Shown: piece by piece, positions 26,053 through 36,423 of the stretch
How positions within the stretch are numbered: position 1 is the first letter of the stretch
Layout of the letters: every line of letters begins with the position of its first letter
DNA from: a candidate division WS1 bacterium
Lineage (GTDB): Bacteria > Armatimonadota > Zipacnadia > Zipacnadales > UBA5352
Assembly: GCA_012522765.1 (NCBI GenBank)
Contig: JAAYJW010000193.1
Span: 1-63,014 of the forward strand
DNA: 63,014 bases
Reading direction: 5' to 3'
Position numbers and translations under genes: made by a program
The notes under the pieces: model-generated
What the model was told of the DNA's origin: nothing
The model's database searches: none
Seen by the model: only the letters and a program-made list of their open reading frames with translations

Positions 26053-27618
26053 GTGGACGCCTATCGCAGAGATGTGGTCGCTGAAGAAGTCCATGTCCAT
26101 GCCCCCCCTGCAGGCAGCGGGCGGCTGCGTATCGCGCTGCTCTTCCCCAGCAGTTACGCGGTTGGGATGGCCAACCTCGCGGTCCAAACGCTGTACGGGC
26201 TCCTGAACAGCCGCGGAGACGTCCGCTGTGAGCGCGTCTTCTATCCGGGCATTCCCGAACGGGGGCGGCAGCGCGAGGGGGTGCTGCGCTCGGTAGACGA
26301 GGGTACCGCGCTCGGGGCGTTCGACGTCATCGCTATCACCTCTTCATTCGAGCTTGACTGGCTGAATGTGCCGGCGGCTCTGAAAGAGGGTGGAGTGCCG
26401 GTTCTCTCGGCGGATCGCCCGCCGCAGGCGCCGCTGGTCATCGCGGGCGGGCCGGCCGTCACCGCCAACCCGCAGCCGCTGGCGCCGATGGCCGATGCGC
26501 TCTTTATCGGCGAGGCCGAACCTGTCATCAACCCGTTGCTCGACCTGCTGCTGGAGCACGACAGAAGCAGCGGAGCGGGCCGGGAGGCGATCCTCGAGGG
26601 TCTCACCGAAATCCCCGGCTTCTACGTTCCGGCGTTCGTCGAGCAGTCACTGCCGATCCAGCGGATTGCGCTGCGGGACCTCGACGAGGTGCCGACAACA
26701 ACAGAGATCCTGTCGCCGCACTCCGAGTTCCCGTCAACATTCCTTATTGAGACGGGGCGTGGCTGCCCCCGCACCTGTCGCTTCTGCCTCGCGCGGCAGA
26801 TCTACCATCCGCTGCGGATGCGCAGCGCCGAGTCAATCCTCCGGAGCGCGGGTGAGGGGCTGGAGCATACCAACCGCATCGGCCTTGTCGGGGCGGCGGT
26901 GGCGGAGCATCCGAAGATCGAGCAGATTGCGACACAGATCGTGGAGATGGGCGGGCGCGTGAGCACGTCCTCGCTCAGGACCGAGGGCGTCAGCGAGGAA
27001 CTGCTCGCCGCTCTTGCCGCGGGCGGCCAGCGGACTATCACTCTCGCGCCCGAAACGGCCGTGGAAGAGCTGGCCGAGACCCTCGGCAAGCAGATCAGCT
27101 ACGAGGCGATCCGTGACACGGTCGCGCTCGCCGCCAAACACAGCCTCACTGACGTCCGTCTCTACTTCATCCTCGGCATCCCCGGTGAGACCGATGCAGC
27201 GGCGGTCGCAATCGCGGACTTCGTCGAGGCACTCGAGCGTGAGGTGCCGGCCATTCACATTACGGTTTCAGCCGGGGCGCTGGTGCCCAAGCCGCACACG
27301 GAGCTTCAGCGATCGGCGGTTCCGGGGCCCGATGAGGTCGCCAGGCGCATGAAGATTCTGCGCAAGCAGTTGCGATCGCGAACGCGAGCCGAGGTCCGCC
27401 TCGCTTCCGCGCGCTGGGGGGCGGTGCAGACGGTGCTCGGGCGCGGGGGCCGCGAGCTTGCGCCGGTGCTCACCGCCGCCGCCGGCGGTGGCCCCGGTGA
27501 TTTCGAGCGGGCGCTGCTGCAGGAACAACTCTCGCTGGAAAGCTATCTGGAAGAACAGAGCGGGCCGATGCCATGGGAGGTCGTCGCCGACTGCCTGCTA
27601 CAGGATGCCGGGCAATAG
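26053..27618 (+). CDS. B12-binding-like radical SAM protein (TIGR03960/YgiQ-like)
   Basis: Y.VGMANL, GGP.VT.NP.P, IE.GRGCPRTCRFC (CxxxCxxC) and T.APET motifs; GTG start with GGAGG RBS. Confidence 0.85.
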   Translation: MDAYRRDVVAEEVHVHAPPAGSGRLRIALLFPSSYAVGMANLAVQTLYGLLNSRGDVRCERVFYPGIPERGRQREGVLRSVDEGTALGAFDVIAITSSFELDWLNVPAALKEGGVPVLSADRPPQAPLVIAGGPAVTANPQPLAPMADALFIGEAEPVINPLLDLLLEHDRSSGAGREAILEGLTEIPGFYVPAFVEQSLPIQRIALRDLDEVPTTTEILSPHSEFPSTFLIETGRGCPRTCRFCLARQIYHPLRMRSAESILRSAGEGLEHTNRIGLVGAAVAEHPKIEQIATQIVEMGGRVSTSSLRTEGVSEELLAALAAGGQRTITLAPETAVEELAETLGKQISYEAIRDTVALAAKHSLTDVRLYFILGIPGETDAAAVAIADFVEALEREVPAIHITVSAGALVPKPHTELQRSAVPGPDEVARRMKILRKQLRSRTRAEVRLASARWGAVQTVLGRGGRELAPVLTAAAGGGPGDFERALLQEQLSLESYLEEQSGPMPWEVVADCLLQDAGQ

Positions 27619-28595
27619 CTGAACCCGCCCTTCTCCCCTACGTCTACAGACTCGCGCCGCCGACGGGTCATTACGAACTGGCGGCGCTGGAGTTCCAGGC
27701 GCTCACCGGCGCCGACGCGCCGGCGGCACTTCCGTGGGACCGGCAGGAGGATCACAACGACGTGCCACGCTTCGCGCGAGCCGGCGCGGGCGTGGACGTC
27801 GCCCGCTCCGCCTACATCGCCGAGTGCGTCCATGTGCTCACCGAGGCGGACACGCTGGACGAGATGTTGGCCGCGACGGGCAGGCTCGGCCTGCGGCGGG
27901 AGCGGTTCCGGATACGGGTACACAAGAGCGGATATGAGGCCCCTGTTTCCTCCAACGAAATCGCGCGGACCATCGCGGACCTGATAGACGGCGCGCCCGA
28001 CCTCTCGCGCCCGGTAACGGAGTTTGTGGTTTTCGGCAGCCCCCGGCGCTGGCTGCTGGGCGAGAGCGTCTCGCGGGGGCTGAACGCCTGGCACGGGCAT
28101 GAGCAGCGGCCGTTCCAGTACTCCAGCGCGCTGCCGCCGCGAGTTGCCCGCGCGATGGTGAACCTCGTGGCCCTGCCCGGCGATCGGCTCATTGACCCCT
28201 GTTGCGGCGTCGCAACGGTGCTTGTTGAGGCCGCGGAGATGGGCGTTGAGCCGTTCGGCTGGGAGATCAATCGGCCGGTTGCGGAACATGCGGCCGCCAA
28301 TTTGTGTCATCACACTCAGCAGGCGTGGCTTACGATCGGCGATGGACGGGATGCCCGCGGCCGCTGGGATGGCGCTGTGCTCGATCTGCCCTACGGCCAC
28401 GCCGCGGTGCGGGTGCAGAGTGAATGCCTGGAGCTGGTCGAGCATGCGCTCAAGGTGGCACCACTCGCGGCCATCGTCACAGTGGACGATCTTCGCGATT
28501 TTCTGGAGGGACTCGGGGCCGCTGTGTTGGGTGTCGCCGAGCTGCCGAAGAATAACCTCGTGCGCCGCGTGCACTGGGTCCGCTCACCGCTGTGA
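27573..28595 (+). CDS. RNA methyltransferase, Trm11/TrmG10-like
   Basis: RPF.YSSALPPR.ARAMVNL, LIDPCCG..T.LVEA and DLPYG motifs; start uncertain. Confidence 0.75.
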   Translation: MGGRRRLPATGCRAIAEPALLPYVYRLAPPTGHYELAALEFQALTGADAPAALPWDRQEDHNDVPRFARAGAGVDVARSAYIAECVHVLTEADTLDEMLAATGRLGLRRERFRIRVHKSGYEAPVSSNEIARTIADLIDGAPDLSRPVTEFVVFGSPRRWLLGESVSRGLNAWHGHEQRPFQYSSALPPRVARAMVNLVALPGDRLIDPCCGVATVLVEAAEMGVEPFGWEINRPVAEHAAANLCHHTQQAWLTIGDGRDARGRWDGAVLDLPYGHAAVRVQSECLELVEHALKVAPLAAIVTVDDLRDFLEGLGAAVLGVAELPKNNLVRRVHWVRSPL

Positions 28596-28631
28596 AGCCA
28601 CTCGTGGACAACTATGACAGGGAGTGAAGTC

Positions 28632-29012
28632 ATGGACAGGCAGGTTCTCTCAAGCGATCGTATTCCCCCCGCGGTCGGTCCGTATTCACAGGCGGTTCGG
28701 GCTGGAGAGCTGATCTTCTGCTCCGGCGTAATCGGACTTGATCCTGAGACGAAGAAGCTGGTGGATGGAGCCCTCGAGGATGAGGTCCGGCGGGTGATGG
28801 ACAACCTGCGCACGCTGCTGGAGGACTGCGGCAGCAGCCTCGACAACGTCGTGAAGACAACCGTGTTCCTCGTGGACATGGGGCAGTTCCAGGCGATGAA
28901 CGGAGTCTATGCACAGTACTTCGGTGATGAGCCGCCCGCGCGCTCGACCATCCAGGTGGCGGCGCTGCCGCTCGGGGCGCGTGTCGAAGTGGAGGCGACT
29001 GCCATTGCGTAG
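28632..29012 (+). CDS. ridA: RidA/YjgF family enamine deaminase
   Basis: GPYSQAV, SG.IGLDP, VVKTTVFL.DM..F..MN.VY..YF...PARS...VAALP.GA.VE.E motifs. Confidence 0.92.
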   Translation: MDRQVLSSDRIPPAVGPYSQAVRAGELIFCSGVIGLDPETKKLVDGALEDEVRRVMDNLRTLLEDCGSSLDNVVKTTVFLVDMGQFQAMNGVYAQYFGDEPPARSTIQVAALPLGARVEVEATAIA

Positions 29013-31287
29013 AAATCCACCACGTCCGGCCATTGTTCTGCTGTGGGCCGTCATACTGACGGCCTGCTTCACCATGCCCGCAGCGGCTCAGAATCTCCTG
29101 CGAAACGGAGGCTTTGAGGGCCCCGTGGCTGATGATATTCCGCAGAACTGGATGTTCCACGACTTCCGCGCGGATGCGCTGGCGAGTGGAAAAGTCGAGA
29201 CGAAGTCGAAATTCGGCCGCCAGAGCCTGCTGCTGCAGGCGCCTGCTTTCCCGGCGGATTTCACCGCGTTCTGCCGGCCTCTGGATGTGGACGATCTGCA
29301 GGGCCATGAGGTGCTCTTCTCCTGCTACTACCGCACGGAGGAGCATCCGCAAGCACTCGTGACGCTGAGCACTTACGCGGAGGACTTCACCCCACTCGAG
29401 TTCCGCACGCCGGAGCTGCACAGCGAGTCGCATCCCATCGGCGAGAGCAAAGACTGGCGGCTCTACGTCTCGCGCCTGACCATCCCCGAGGGCGCCGAGC
29501 AACTGGTTGTCATGCTGCGCATCCAAGGTGGCGGCAAGGTCTGGTGGGACGGCGTCTCGGTGCGACCTGTCGGCGGCGAGGTCGAAGTGAGCGTGGAGGA
29601 TGCCGGCACGGTCGAGAGCTTGCCCGACAGGCGGGTGGTGCGCTGTCGCCTGAGGAATGTCACGAAGCATGAGTTGCCCCTCGTGCTGCATGTCGAGGCG
29701 TCCGACGATCAGAAGGTCCGGCGACGCGAGAAGATGGAGTGCCGGCTTGCGCCGGACCAAAGCCGTGTCGTGGAGGTCGGCTACAAGTACAACTTCGACG
29801 AGCCACACTTGCTCACCGTGCGGCTTGAGGGCGCCGAGGCCGACACGCTGCACGAGTACCGGGAGCAACAAACGCCAGGGCTGGTGGATGCGCGGGTGAC
29901 ACAACCGGCATTCCGATCGCTGGTCCTGTCGAGCCTGCCGACCGATGAGATAGTGATCACCGGAAGGCTCAATGCCAGCCCGCAGATCGCGCGACTGGCA
30001 AGGGTCTCCGCGAGTCTCGTGGGCACCGGGGCATTCTCCGCCGACCCCGAGATGATGACCGACAGGGGCCTGCTGGGCAACTGGCAGATCACACTGCCCG
30101 CAACGGGCATGCTCACCGGCCGCTACCAGGTGGATGTCACCGCCGAGGTCGAGGACAGAAAGCACACGCTCAGCATTCCCGTCGAACGGGTGCCGCAGGC
30201 CCCCGCAGAGACGGCTTACGATGCCCGCAATCGCCTCTGGGTCAACGGAGAGGCGATCTTCCCCATAGGGATCTATGAGGTCGTCTTTGACAGCGACCTG
30301 CCGAGGGTCGCCGAGGCCGGCTTCAACTTCACCATCACCCCCTCGCGAATGGTCAGCTACAACTTCGCTGATGCCGCGAAGGAGGCGGGCGTCGGTATCT
30401 TCCTCGCCTCCGACACCCTCGATGGCCAGTTCTGGCAGCACACCACGCGCAAGTACTTCGGCCACCCCGCGATGCTGGGCTGGTACGGCCTTGACCTGCC
30501 CGATACCAAGGCGGTGATGCTGGCGACACTCCGCGAGGCCTACGTCCACGCGACAACCGGCCCGTATCCCGCGATGGCCGAGATGGACCCGCGCCGCCCG
30601 GTGTTGCTCTCACTGCGCCCGAACTCGATGATGGATCAATATGCTGAACTCGCGGACATCGTGCTGGCGTGGAGCGACCCTGTCCCCCGCTGGCCGATCA
30701 CGATTGTGGCGGACGCCGTGGAGACCGCGCGAGAGGCGGTTGACGGGCGCAAGCCAGTGTGGGCGATCATCCAGTCCTCGGGCTACCGCTGGCTGAATGA
30801 GATGAGCACCACGCCCGTGAGGGATGATCGCGTTCCGACGCCCGACGAGAACCGGGCGATGGTATACCTCGCGCTGATGGCCGGCGCCGACGGCGTCGTG
30901 TATCACGCGTTCGGGATGCCCGCGATCGGGCAGCGGCCCTCATACCTGATGCATCGCGACGCGCCCGAGCTGTGGGCGGGAATCCTCGAGACCAACCGCC
31001 AGCTTGCGGAACTTGCGCCGGTGCTGCTGGAGGCGCGTCCTGAGCCGATCGAACTCGGTTATGACAGCCCGGTCCGTGTAGCCTCCTGGCACAGCGGCGA
31101 CACGAAGTACGTGGTCGCTGTGAACACCCAGGATACCACCGCAGCGATCGCGTTCGACATCGGCGCCGAGGCGGGCGCTGAGGTGGGGGTCCCATTCGAG
31201 AACCGCTGCGTCATCGCCACCGATAGCGGCGACATCGGCGACATATTCAGACCCTACGAGGTACACGTTTATAAGATCGGCGGTTGA
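29005..31287 (+). CDS. Large secreted hypothetical protein (N-terminal CBM-like jelly roll, C-terminal glycoside-hydrolase-like barrel)
   Basis: Signal peptide ending AAA-QNLLRNGGFE; LWVNGE..FPIG.Y, W.IIQ and Y.AL..GA.G..Y segments; TTG start with GGAGG RBS. Confidence 0.65.
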   Translation: MRRNPPRPAIVLLWAVILTACFTMPAAAQNLLRNGGFEGPVADDIPQNWMFHDFRADALASGKVETKSKFGRQSLLLQAPAFPADFTAFCRPLDVDDLQGHEVLFSCYYRTEEHPQALVTLSTYAEDFTPLEFRTPELHSESHPIGESKDWRLYVSRLTIPEGAEQLVVMLRIQGGGKVWWDGVSVRPVGGEVEVSVEDAGTVESLPDRRVVRCRLRNVTKHELPLVLHVEASDDQKVRRREKMECRLAPDQSRVVEVGYKYNFDEPHLLTVRLEGAEADTLHEYREQQTPGLVDARVTQPAFRSLVLSSLPTDEIVITGRLNASPQIARLARVSASLVGTGAFSADPEMMTDRGLLGNWQITLPATGMLTGRYQVDVTAEVEDRKHTLSIPVERVPQAPAETAYDARNRLWVNGEAIFPIGIYEVVFDSDLPRVAEAGFNFTITPSRMVSYNFADAAKEAGVGIFLASDTLDGQFWQHTTRKYFGHPAMLGWYGLDLPDTKAVMLATLREAYVHATTGPYPAMAEMDPRRPVLLSLRPNSMMDQYAELADIVLAWSDPVPRWPITIVADAVETAREAVDGRKPVWAIIQSSGYRWLNEMSTTPVRDDRVPTPDENRAMVYLALMAGADGVVYHAFGMPAIGQRPSYLMHRDAPELWAGILETNRQLAELAPVLLEARPEPIELGYDSPVRVASWHSGDTKYVVAVNTQDTTAAIAFDIGAEAGAEVGVPFENRCVIATDSGDIGDIFRPYEVHVYKIGG

Positions 31288-31308
31288 GACCACCGGTGCG
31301 GGGAGGCC

Positions 31309-32853
31309 ATGCAGTTGCCCGGGCCTGAGATGACAAACATCGTGCAGTACTGGCGCGCCACTGTTGCTCGCTTCCCGAACAAACCCGCCGCGGTCTACGA
31401 GGGCAACGCCTACACCTACGCCGAGGCAGACCGGCTCAGCGGCTGCATGGCAGAGGCGCTGACGAGCCGCTTCGGCCTCAGCGATGGCGATCCGGTAGCC
31501 ATCTCGATGCCCAACTGCATCGAGCATTTCCTCGCATACTGGGCGGTGATGCGCGCCGGTGGAGTGGTCGCCGCCGTCAACTGCCGCCTTGGCGAAGATG
31601 AGATGGCGCACGTGCTGGGCGACACCGGGGCGCGCATCCTCATCACCCACGGGCGAGTGCAGGCGCAGGTGGAGGCGGGCCTGCGGGAAGCCGACGACAT
31701 CGAGCGCGTCGTCGTCGCAGAGCCCGCCGAGGATCGTAGCGCGCGCTTCGACGATCTCACCGCCGGCGATGGCTGGCGGAGCTTCAAAGAGGCCGATCCG
31801 CGGCCTGAGGACCTGGCGGTCATCGCCTACACCTCCGGCACCACCGGCAGACCCAAAGGCGCGATGATGCGCCACGCCGACCTGCTCTTCAACGTGAAGA
31901 ACTGCCTCGTGGCGCACTCATTCCGCCACGAGGACGTTCACATGCTCGCCCTGCCGATGTTCCACTGCACCGCCCTCTACTCCCTGCTGCCCTCGTCGGC
32001 ATACCTCGGCTCGACGCTGGCAATCGCTCCGCGCCCTGACCGTCACGAGTTGCTCGAACTGATCGCAAGCGCGCGAGTGACCACCTTCCTCGGCCCACCG
32101 ACGCTCTTTGCTATGCTGGCTCAGGGCGATGAACTGGCGGAATGCGACAGCTCGTCGCTGCGCCTGATCTCCTACGCCGGTTCGCCGATGCACCCGGATA
32201 CGATCCGCCGCCTGCGGGAGTCGCTGCCGCAGGTGGCGCTGCGCAACTTCTTCGGCCTCACGGAGACAACATCAGTGACGCACGTGCTGCCGAGCGAGGA
32301 CGCGGTCAGCCATGCCGATTCGGTGGGCAAGCCGCTGCCGGAGGTGCGGGCGATTGTGGCGGACGACTCCGGAGCGCCGGTCCCTGCGGGCGAGACGGGC
32401 GAGTTGTTGATTCACCGCAGCAACGTCATCGCCGGCTACTGGAACATGCCGGGGCGCCTCGAGGAGGAGATCCGCGGAAGCTGGTTCCACACCGGCGATC
32501 TGGCGCACTACGATCAGGACGGCTATCTCTACGTGCATGGCCGCGAGAAGGACGTCATCATCGTCTCGGGCGAGAACGTGATCGCCGGCGAGGTCGAGGC
32601 GGTCATCGAAGCGATAGCCGGCGTGCGCGAGGTGGCGGTGGTGGGGATACCCGCGACGGGCATCCGGGCCTATCTGGGCGAACTGGTGAAGGCGGTTGTG
32701 GTGCTTGACGATGGTGCGGCGGTGGATGAGCGGGCGATCAAGCGCGCGTGCGTGCAGTCGCTGGCAAGCTACCAGGTGCCGCAGGTGATCGAGTTCCGCG
32801 ACACCCTCCCGCGCAACCCCGCCGGCAAGGTGCTCAAGCGGGAACTTGTTTGA
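31309..32853 (+). CDS. Long-chain acyl-CoA ligase / class I adenylate-forming enzyme
   Basis: YTSGTTGRPKG, FGLTET, GWF.TGD.A, GR.KD.I..SGEN and LPRN.AGKVLK motifs. Confidence 0.93.
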   Translation: MQLPGPEMTNIVQYWRATVARFPNKPAAVYEGNAYTYAEADRLSGCMAEALTSRFGLSDGDPVAISMPNCIEHFLAYWAVMRAGGVVAAVNCRLGEDEMAHVLGDTGARILITHGRVQAQVEAGLREADDIERVVVAEPAEDRSARFDDLTAGDGWRSFKEADPRPEDLAVIAYTSGTTGRPKGAMMRHADLLFNVKNCLVAHSFRHEDVHMLALPMFHCTALYSLLPSSAYLGSTLAIAPRPDRHELLELIASARVTTFLGPPTLFAMLAQGDELAECDSSSLRLISYAGSPMHPDTIRRLRESLPQVALRNFFGLTETTSVTHVLPSEDAVSHADSVGKPLPEVRAIVADDSGAPVPAGETGELLIHRSNVIAGYWNMPGRLEEEIRGSWFHTGDLAHYDQDGYLYVHGREKDVIIVSGENVIAGEVEAVIEAIAGVREVAVVGIPATGIRAYLGELVKAVVVLDDGAAVDERAIKRACVQSLASYQVPQVIEFRDTLPRNPAGKVLKRELV

Positions 32854-32903
32854 TGCGCGGCTTGATCCCAGAGTAGCAGGATAGTGAAACAAGTGCATTC
32901 AGG

Positions 32904-32931
32904 TTGACAATCTACCGCTCAGAAGTATACT
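32904..32931 (+). promoter_or_regulatory. Near-consensus sigma70 promoter
   Basis: TTGACA-N16-TATACT. Confidence 0.75.
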
Positions 32932-32939
32932 TAACCTAC

Positions 32940-33120
32940 TACCAGCACGTCCTGCTGCTGGTGAGATGGAGGAGTTCGGATCCAGACGTTGATCTCACGT
33001 CTTCGACGGTACGCTGAGAGGCGGGCGGAGACATGCCAGCGGGAGCCTGGGGACTTTTGATGAGGGTCCGCCCTGACAACAGGGCAGGGCCCTCATTTGC
33101 GTACTACTGGCGGTTACGCA
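32940..33120 (+). promoter_or_regulatory. Structured 5' leader of the prepilin/DUF1559 gene (unclassified)
   Basis: Several hairpins, including a ~16-bp stem atgagggtccgccctg-acaa-cagggc(a)gggccctcat. Confidence 0.4.
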
Positions 33121-33147
33121 TCAGAGGAAGTGGACGGGAGGGCTACC

Positions 33148-33756
33148 ATGTTCAGACGCAGGGGTTTCACACTGATCGAGTTGTTGGTGGTCATCGCGAT
33201 CATCGCCATCCTGGCGGCGATCCTGTTCCCGGTCTTCGCCCGTGCGCGTGAGAAGGCGCGGCAATCAAGCTGCACCTCCAACGTCAAGCAGTTCGCGCTC
33301 GCCTTTCTCATGTACGTTCAGGACTACGACGAGCGGTTCCCGATGGGCCTGTCGCCCAGGACTCCGGCAGGCTTTCTGACCGCAATGGACCTCGTGATGC
33401 CTTACGCCAAGAACGAACAGATCGCCCTCTGCCCCAGCGACTCCACAAACCCGGCGAGTCTCGACTTCCGAGCCGTCGGCGCCGGTGTCTACAGCTACAG
33501 CATCAACGATCAGATATGCAGGTCACCGATAATCTTGCAGGGGGCACCTGTTGCGCTCGCGGCGGTCCGACAGCCTTCGGAGACAACATTACTCTATGAC
33601 GCACGTAACACGGGGACCGCAATCGACCCGAATGTCCGCTGCGCAAAGCGACACAACGACGGGGCGAACTGCGGCTTCGTGGATGGGCACGTCAAGTGGT
33701 TCCAGTCGAAGCCGGCACGCGCGGACACGTTGGACTACTGGAACTCGGCGCCGTAG
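33148..33756 (+). CDS. Prepilin-type N-methylation / DUF1559 protein (C-terminal H-X9-DG)
   Basis: RG|[32 protein letters not shown] and [16 protein letters not shown]. Confidence 0.92.
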   Translation: MFRRRGFTLIELLVVIAIIAILAAILFPVFARAREKARQSSCTSNVKQFALAFLMYVQDYDERFPMGLSPRTPAGFLTAMDLVMPYAKNEQIALCPSDSTNPASLDFRAVGAGVYSYSINDQICRSPIILQGAPVALAAVRQPSETTLLYDARNTGTAIDPNVRCAKRHNDGANCGFVDGHVKWFQSKPARADTLDYWNSAP

Positions 33757-33809
33757 CACCCGGAGCAAAGCGCCTGCTCTGGAAACGCGCACGATAATGT
33801 GCCCAAACG

Positions 33810-33838
33810 TTGACACGGGGCGCGCTCTGTGGCATAGT
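33810..33838 (+). promoter_or_regulatory. Possible sigma70 promoter for the SLH gene
   Basis: TTGACA-N17-CATAGT. Confidence 0.45.
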
Positions 33839-33893
33839 AGCTTCTGCCGGTCGAGGCGCGGCCTGGGCGCCATCTGCACGAGGAGGAATCACC

Positions 33894-34508
33894 GTGCATA
33901 AATTCGCAGTAATAGCCGCGCTCGCAGTACTGATCGCCATCGCCGCCCCCGGCGCTTGGGCGCAGGACTACATCACGCAGACGGTGCCGCCGCTGGCGCC
34001 GTACATGCAGGACCTCGAAGAGGTTTACGGCCTCGGCATCATCGAGGGCTACCGAGACGATACCTTCCGCCCCGACGCCATCGTCGAGCGGGCCGAGCTA
34101 TGGGTGGCGTTCAACCGCCTTGCGGACGTCTGCCGCGCGCGAGGCCTTGAGCTGCCCAACGACTATGAGCCGTGGGAGGCCACCTACGGCCGCGGCTTCC
34201 GCGACCACTGGGGGATGGAGGCGTGGGAGCGGCTGACGAAGACCTACCTCGCCGATGACCGCCCGCTGCCGATCATGATGAACTTCGATGCGCCGGTCAA
34301 GCGGATCGAGTTCGCGGAGCTGGGCGTGGCGGTCATGCGCAGCTACGGAATGCTGCCCTACGACATGACCCCCGCAGAGCTCGCGATCGGCCAGGACATC
34401 ATGGTGCGGCAGCCCGACGGCTACTTCCACTTCCAGGGCGAAATGCCGCGCTGGGAGCTGGCCGTCTGCCTCTCACGCCTGCTTGAGCAGATCGCTCCGT
34501 TCGAGTAG
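33894..34508 (+). CDS. S-layer homology (SLH) domain protein
   Basis: Signal peptide; GIIEGY.DDTFRPD..V.RAE and a final PDG.F.....MPRWELA SLH-like repeat; AGGAGG RBS before GTG. Confidence 0.75.
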   Translation: MHKFAVIAALAVLIAIAAPGAWAQDYITQTVPPLAPYMQDLEEVYGLGIIEGYRDDTFRPDAIVERAELWVAFNRLADVCRARGLELPNDYEPWEATYGRGFRDHWGMEAWERLTKTYLADDRPLPIMMNFDAPVKRIEFAELGVAVMRSYGMLPYDMTPAELAIGQDIMVRQPDGYFHFQGEMPRWELAVCLSRLLEQIAPFE

Positions 34509-34524
34509 GACGCGTCTATCTGTG

Positions 34525-34836
34525 CTACGAGGGCCCGGCGTCGCTATCGGCGCCGGGCTCTTTGTCCTGCCCCAGCGCCTGTATCTCGGCGCGCACCTGC
34601 ATCATCTGCTCCTTGAGCACCCGCGCGCGCTCCAGAATCACCTTGATCTCCTCATCAAAGATCTGCCGCATCAATAGAAGCTCCTCGGCGCGCTTGCCTG
34701 CCTCAACATACGCTCGGTCCAGATCGTCATCAAGAGAACCGAGTTTCGCCTGAAGCTGAATGATCTCCGCCTGGCGACCTGCAGCCCCGGCGAGGTCCCC
34801 GAGTGCGTCGGTGGCTTTTCTGAACCAGTCGGTCAT
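34525..34836 (-). CDS. Coiled-coil hypothetical protein (103 aa)
   Basis: MTDWFRKATDALG... amphipathic helical ORF with GGAGGG upstream. Confidence 0.55.
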   Translation of the reverse strand: MTDWFRKATDALGDLAGAAGRQAEIIQLQAKLGSLDDDLDRAYVEAGKRAEELLLMRQIFDEEIKVILERARVLKEQMMQVRAEIQALGQDKEPGADSDAGPS

Positions 34837-34975
34837 CTTCGCCCTCCGATCGGCCGAATGTGTGTCAGCGGGACCTTCCCCACCTCCGCCTGCTACTCCT
34901 GCGCGAAGAAGGGAACTGCCTGTTGTCCGAGGAATGATAGAACGTATGGAGACGATCAGAGGAGGTAACTCAACC

Positions 34976-36367
34976 ATGTGTTTCCGAGGCCTGCTGATAC
35001 TACTGGTGCTGGCCCTTTGCGTGGTCGCCCACGCGCAACAGCCGAAGCTGCTTCTTCGCGCCACTTTCGACGGAACCTGCGCCCTTGAGCCTGAAGGCGA
35101 GGGGCAGCTTGTTGCCGGTGAGTTCGTGGAGGGGCGCGAAGGACAGGCGATCAAGTCGACCGTCGCCAATGAACCCGCAGCGATGATCCCACTCACTGCG
35201 GCTAACCCCGAGGACGGCACGCTCATGTTCTGGTTCCGATCCGATGTGCCGCTGCTTGGGCCTGACGACGAGCGCGTCCGATGGTCTCCTGTGACCACCC
35301 AGGGAGCACCCGGCCCAGATGTTGACATCGTACACCAGCACCATCAGACGCAGATAGCGACCGGCAATCCGTGGGATCAGCGGCATCGTGGCGGAGCGCG
35401 CGAGGTCTACGGCCGCCTGATCCCGGGCAAGTGGTATCACATGGCCGTCACCTGGCACAAAGCCGACAACGACCTCTGCTTCTGGCTCTTCGGCATCCCG
35501 CAGAGCGACACCCTCGGCAAGTGGAATGCACTGGACCACTCGGATGCCCCGTGGGGCGAGGCGCTGAGCGTCGGTGCCGCTATGGGAGCAGTTGATGACC
35601 TGCGCCTCTACGACCGCGTTATGACTGCCGAAGAGATCATCGCCGCCGGTGACTACGGCGACGGTGAGTGCATGTATGATGAGGGACGCGTGTTCTTCGA
35701 CACCGTACTCGACATCGAGCACCTCAAGGGCGAAGTGGTGATCGAGGACACGTTCGATGAGCCGTGGGAGCAGAACTGGGTGCTTGAAGGGCCGGGGATC
35801 CTGACGCAGGAGGGCGGGCGCCTGCGGATGCAGGAGCCTGAGCCGGGCACTGAGGGCGCGAACAACATCGTGCTGTGGCATCGCACCGAGACGCCGAAGG
35901 ACTACATCGCCGAGTGGGAGTTCACGCCCAACGAGGTCGCGGGCCTGTGCATCGTGTTCTTCAGCGCGAAGGGCCGCAACGGTGAGAGCATCTTCGATCC
36001 TGCGCTGGCTCCGCGCGACGGCACCTTCACCGGCTACCACTCCGGCGACATCAACTGCTATCACATCAGCTACTTCCGCAACACCTCCACCCGTCAGCCC
36101 AATGCCGCGCTGCGCAAGAACTACGGCTTCTACCGCGCGGCGGAGGGCTACGACTGGATCCCGCTGGAGGCGGGTGTGACCAGTCGCATCACGCTGGTAA
36201 AGCGCGGCGCGCACATCCAGTTCGCGGTGAATGACCGCATCTCGATCGACTGGGTGGATGACGGCGTAACGCGCGGCGGCGTCTGGGGCGCGGGCCACAT
36301 CGGCCTGCGGCAGATGTTGACCACCGACGGCTGGTATGACAACTTCCGCGTCTGGGCGGTCAAGTAG
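34976..36367 (+). CDS. Secreted LamG-like + DUF1961/YesU-like domain protein
   Basis: Signal peptide; GTLMFW, WYHMAVTW and DDLRLYDR (LamG); GDINCYHISYFRN and G.IGLRQM segments. Confidence 0.7.
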   Translation: MCFRGLLILLVLALCVVAHAQQPKLLLRATFDGTCALEPEGEGQLVAGEFVEGREGQAIKSTVANEPAAMIPLTAANPEDGTLMFWFRSDVPLLGPDDERVRWSPVTTQGAPGPDVDIVHQHHQTQIATGNPWDQRHRGGAREVYGRLIPGKWYHMAVTWHKADNDLCFWLFGIPQSDTLGKWNALDHSDAPWGEALSVGAAMGAVDDLRLYDRVMTAEEIIAAGDYGDGECMYDEGRVFFDTVLDIEHLKGEVVIEDTFDEPWEQNWVLEGPGILTQEGGRLRMQEPEPGTEGANNIVLWHRTETPKDYIAEWEFTPNEVAGLCIVFFSAKGRNGESIFDPALAPRDGTFTGYHSGDINCYHISYFRNTSTRQPNAALRKNYGFYRAAEGYDWIPLEAGVTSRITLVKRGAHIQFAVNDRISIDWVDDGVTRGGVWGAGHIGLRQMLTTDGWYDNFRVWAVK

Positions 36368-36388
36368 CGGGCCGGATCAGTCAATCGG

Positions 36389-36422
36389 GCGAAGGCCGGG
36401 CCGACACAGGTCCGGCCTTCGC
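36389..36422. terminator. Probable bidirectional terminator
   Basis: gcgaaggccgg-N12-ccggccttcgc between convergent genes. Confidence 0.65.
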
Positions 36423-36423
36423 G

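Noticed and set aside
28630-30549. Long antisense ORFs (e.g. 28630-30549, 12670-14187, 49075-50271, 35000-36298, 23344-24285)
   Set aside because: They lie opposite well-supported genes and lack motifs or RBS; they are typical shadow ORFs of GC-rich coding DNA.
33010-33050. TPP riboswitch
   Set aside because: GCTGAGA and ATGCCAGCG are present, but the intervening ACCC...ACCTGAT core is missing and the spacing is too short; kept only as an unclassified leader.
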